Assembly: GCF_030028105.1 (NCBI RefSeq)
Contig: NC_092375.1
Coordinates: forward strand, 164,919,415-164,983,414
DNA: 64,000 bases
Direction of reading: 5' to 3'
DNA from: Mobula birostris
Taxonomy: Eukaryota
Shown here in pieces: positions 60,873 to 64,000 of this stretch. The notes below the pieces were generated by a model. That model was not told the DNA's origin, did no database searches, and saw only the letters and a list, made by a program, of their open reading frames with translations. The first letter of the stretch is position 1. The number at the start of each line of letters is the position of its first letter. Made by a program: the position numbers and the translations under genes.

Positions 60873-61504
60873 GTCTATAAAATAAACACAGTATCTACTG
60901 TTCAGCATTGACTTGTGTTTGTGCGATCATGTATGTGTGTATATGTGTAAGTTTTTGTCATTGTCATCTTTGACATGAAATAAGGAATTAATATGAATTT
61001 CTAACAAAAATTAAACTGTGGTTTACCACAACCATTTTGTATTAGTCTACCCAATCTTAAAATTTATTTTAACCCGTAATTCCATGGAGATAGATAACTG
61101 CAATTGGAAAGTAAATTTGAAGATATTTAAACTAATTTGTAAAGGCAATTTTAAAATGTAACTATGATGGTAAATGTCCCTGTTTTTTGATACATAGTTA
61201 TTCATATTCTAAGCAATTATGTACTTCAGAGATTTAACATTTCATCCAAATACTAGTTCATTATTATGGCCATAAATGGCTGACTGAAGTATTTAACTTT
61301 TCAACTGTAACATTAATTTTATTTTGTAACCTTAAATAATGTTGAAAGAGTCCAACTATCTAATTTGATAGTTTAATTACTCAGTCAAGAGAAAATACTC
61401 ATTTTAGTTCTCGGTTTTATGTTGCCTTATTGGATTAAATTACTATAGTCAAAAATGCCAGACTTATTTGTTATGAATTAATAAAGTAATTATATTCTTT
61501 AAAG

Positions 61505-61582
61505 TGCCAGAGGTTCCCAAGAAGGTTGTAAAAGTTAAACCAGAAACAGTTTCAAGAAAAGAGGAAGTTCCTCCAGTAAAAG
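61505..61582 (+). CDS. ttn: PEVK exon (78 nt)
   Basis: ctttaaag|TGCCA...GTAAAAG|gtacaa. Confidence 0.9.
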
Positions 61583-62820
61583 GTACAAATATAGTTGAAA
61601 AACATCAAAACTTAGTTCACAATTCAGCATGTTCACATTTGGAATGAAAACAACTTCTACTTCTTATACTGAACCTTCAAAGCCTGTTAACAGTGTAGAA
61701 TCCAGTGGAGCAAACCCTAGCAGTTCTGATATGAATCACCACCATTTAAGCTTTTTAACAGCAGTAGGTCCAGGACTTCCCCACAGTTGCTGAGAGGGAA
61801 TTTCTTCTTAGATCCTGCACTAGTCTGGCCCAAGCATCGATTATTTCCCTGGGGATTTATGGCTGTGGGTTGGGAGTTAGTTACACTTTAATTATTTAAG
61901 TTTATTTTTTCAGTTTTGCTTTTAGGTGCTCTTGATTTTATTTATTTTAATTATTAAATTTAATCTTATTGGATTTTTAAAGTTTCCAGATATCAGAATC
62001 AATTAAAAATATCTTAAATGCTTCTCTGAGTTTTATAGTTGACAAAGCAGGGAAGGGCTTTTGCTGCTTGTAAACAACTTGTTTTGTGAGATAGAGCTTT
62101 CTTACTGTACTTCCAGAGGACCTGTTGCCATTCAGTCTATGCCAATAGAGTCTGGATTCTTCAAACCAGTCAGATAGATCCCCCTCTGTATCCTGATGTG
62201 CAGTCATAGGAAGAATGCAAGATGAAATACCTAATAAGAGAACTAGTAGACCTAGATCTTGTCTGTCTATTCTATATGTATTTGCCAAAGTCATTGTTAA
62301 AATATGTAACATAGTAACCTGTATGCATTACTTACATTACAATAGCTTTAACATATAGAGCCACTGATTACACTTTGTCAAATCAATTGAAAAAAAATCT
62401 TAGAAATTTCAGTTTGTGCAGAGGGTTTTGAGGAAGGTTTCCAAAGTTTGTGATATCACGAGCATATTTTCAGTTAATGTAGAAATTATCTTTCAATGTT
62501 TAAATTAATTGAGAACTAAAACCAATTGCAGATTTGGAATAATTATTGTAAAGTGAGTTGACTCATATAATTTGCGTGGAAATTATATATTTATTAAGGC
62601 AATAGAATAAGTAAAAGAAATTAGTATTCCATTCTCTTACATAGGTCACTTCATTGTTGGTGTATTCATTATGTTAATTCTAAAGATATGAAGTTATTTT
62701 GAATTCATGTTAACTGCATTTTAACCTTCTCTTCACCTCTTATTCAGACAGTATGTCAACCTTTTTTTGTACTTGTTCTTTGAGTGAATCTTTTCTTATA
62801 AGAACCTGTATCATTTTAAG

Positions 62821-62904
62821 CACCCGAGGTTCCCAAAGTGCCAGTAAAACCAGAAGAAAAACCAGCCATTGTTCCAAAGAGAGATGAAGTTGCACCAATG
62901 AAAG
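62821..62904 (+). CDS. ttn: PEVK exon (84 nt)
   Basis: ttttaag|CACCC...ATGAAAG|gtacaa. Confidence 0.9.
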
Positions 62905-63724
62905 GTACAAAATTGACAAGATAATCAAAATACCACGTTGATCATAATCTTAGTAGCTTTCCTGGGAACTCTTTATTCTTACTTGGAACTCGGTTTCTGT
63001 TCCTTCTTATTTGAATGAAATTCATTGACCTAACAAGTCACCAATGATTCTTTTGAAGTCTAGTAAATTTTTTATTGTTTTCTATTTGTGTGTTGTAGTT
63101 GTTACTTACATAGAATTTCGTAAACTTTTAGACCATGTATACAAGCCACAGATCTCTGCCAGTGTTTATGCTTCTCACAAACATCCTACCATCATCTCAC
63201 CATATTAAGATACTCTTATATTTCTTCCTTCTCTTCTACTGATTCAGCAGCCATTTATAGTCATTCAAATTAATCACCTCAAATTTTCTACAATAGCAAG
63301 TTTAGCACTTTATCATTTACTGGTGAAGAATTATTAATGTGCTTTGGTAATTAGTTTTTCTCTGCATGGGAGCAAACATTTAACTTAAGAACCTTAATCA
63401 AATCACTGCATAATCTTTTCTGGAAAATAAACTTTAGCATGTCCATCCTTTACCTTCTCTCAAAGCCAATGAAGGTGTTTTAACAGCTATTAAATGTTCT
63501 TAATAATCAGAGTAATTTTAAACTTGATGATGTTACTTAAAATACTGTTAATCAAAATTCCTAAAAGAAATAAAATGTAATGAAATATCTAGAAAGTAAT
63601 TAGAAACAAAAGATGTAAAACAAAGATTATTTCCTTTTCTAATGTATTCAGCAGACCTAGTAAATCCCCATTCAATTATAGGGACTCCAATTCCCATGGC
63701 AAGTTTTCAAATTCAAAATCTGCA

Positions 63725-63815
63725 GTGGTGATGAAGGATCGCCAACCCGAAATGTTAACTCTTTCTCTGTCCTTATATGCTACTTGACTTGCTGAGAATT
63801 TCCATTTTTTTTTTC
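63725..63815 (+). mobile_element. Degenerate PLE terminal repeat remnant
   Basis: gtgatgaagg...cccgaaatgttaac...ttgctgag resembles the PLE end; boundaries approximate. Confidence 0.45.
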
Positions 63816-64000
63816 TGTTTTATTTCCCATGCAAAGTTTATCTGGCTTGTTCAGAGAGGGATATTTCATAGTGCAAAGATGAATTTGAAGAGAATGACAG
63901 ATGCCCGGGCAATTAGTATATTCTAGGTCTACTTGATTCACCTCATTGTTTTCATGATATTTTTTCATTTTTGTTTCAATGCCTATACCTTTCAATAAAT

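Larger units (their letters stand above)
952..62904 (+). other. ttn: Titin gene segment (distal I-band Ig domains, N2A, PEVK); gene extends beyond both window ends
   Basis: About 50 in-frame AG/GT-bounded exons: Ig I-set domains, the N2A motif VDPKEYEKYARMYGITDFRGLLQ, and P/E/V/K-rich 69-84 nt exons. Confidence 0.97.

Noticed and set aside
61977-62312. 111 aa minus-strand ORF with TYRID resembling a LINE endonuclease motif
   Set aside because: A single short motif is not enough to assign an element.

Overview
This is eukaryotic genomic DNA, most likely a cartilaginous fish (inferred from the repeat families), covering part of the titin (ttn) gene on the + strand. In order it contains: eight I-band Ig exons forming a tandemly repeated I76-I77-I78-like triplet (952-8408); I79 and the N2A element (I80, UN2A, I81-I83; 10163-13860); several microexons; and the PEVK region. 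The PEVK region includes a young array of eight ~2.1-2.35 kb units, each with two 72-75 nt exons (~19190-41515), then older diverged PEVK exons, some with broken or shifted splice sites. Introns carry CR1, Rex1/Babar, RTE and Penelope-like (PLE) retroelements, SINEs and a hAT-like MITE. The most notable signals are an HDV-like ribozyme fold at the 5' end of a full-length antisense RTE, a sense-strand minimal hammerhead in a PLE, PLE-derived foldback inserts that date the array, and PEVK exon birth, death and rescue events. Exon boundaries were read by eye from AG/GT sites and reading frame. Domain names come from recalled similarity to human titin, not a database search. Most short ORFs in the supplied track are spurious.
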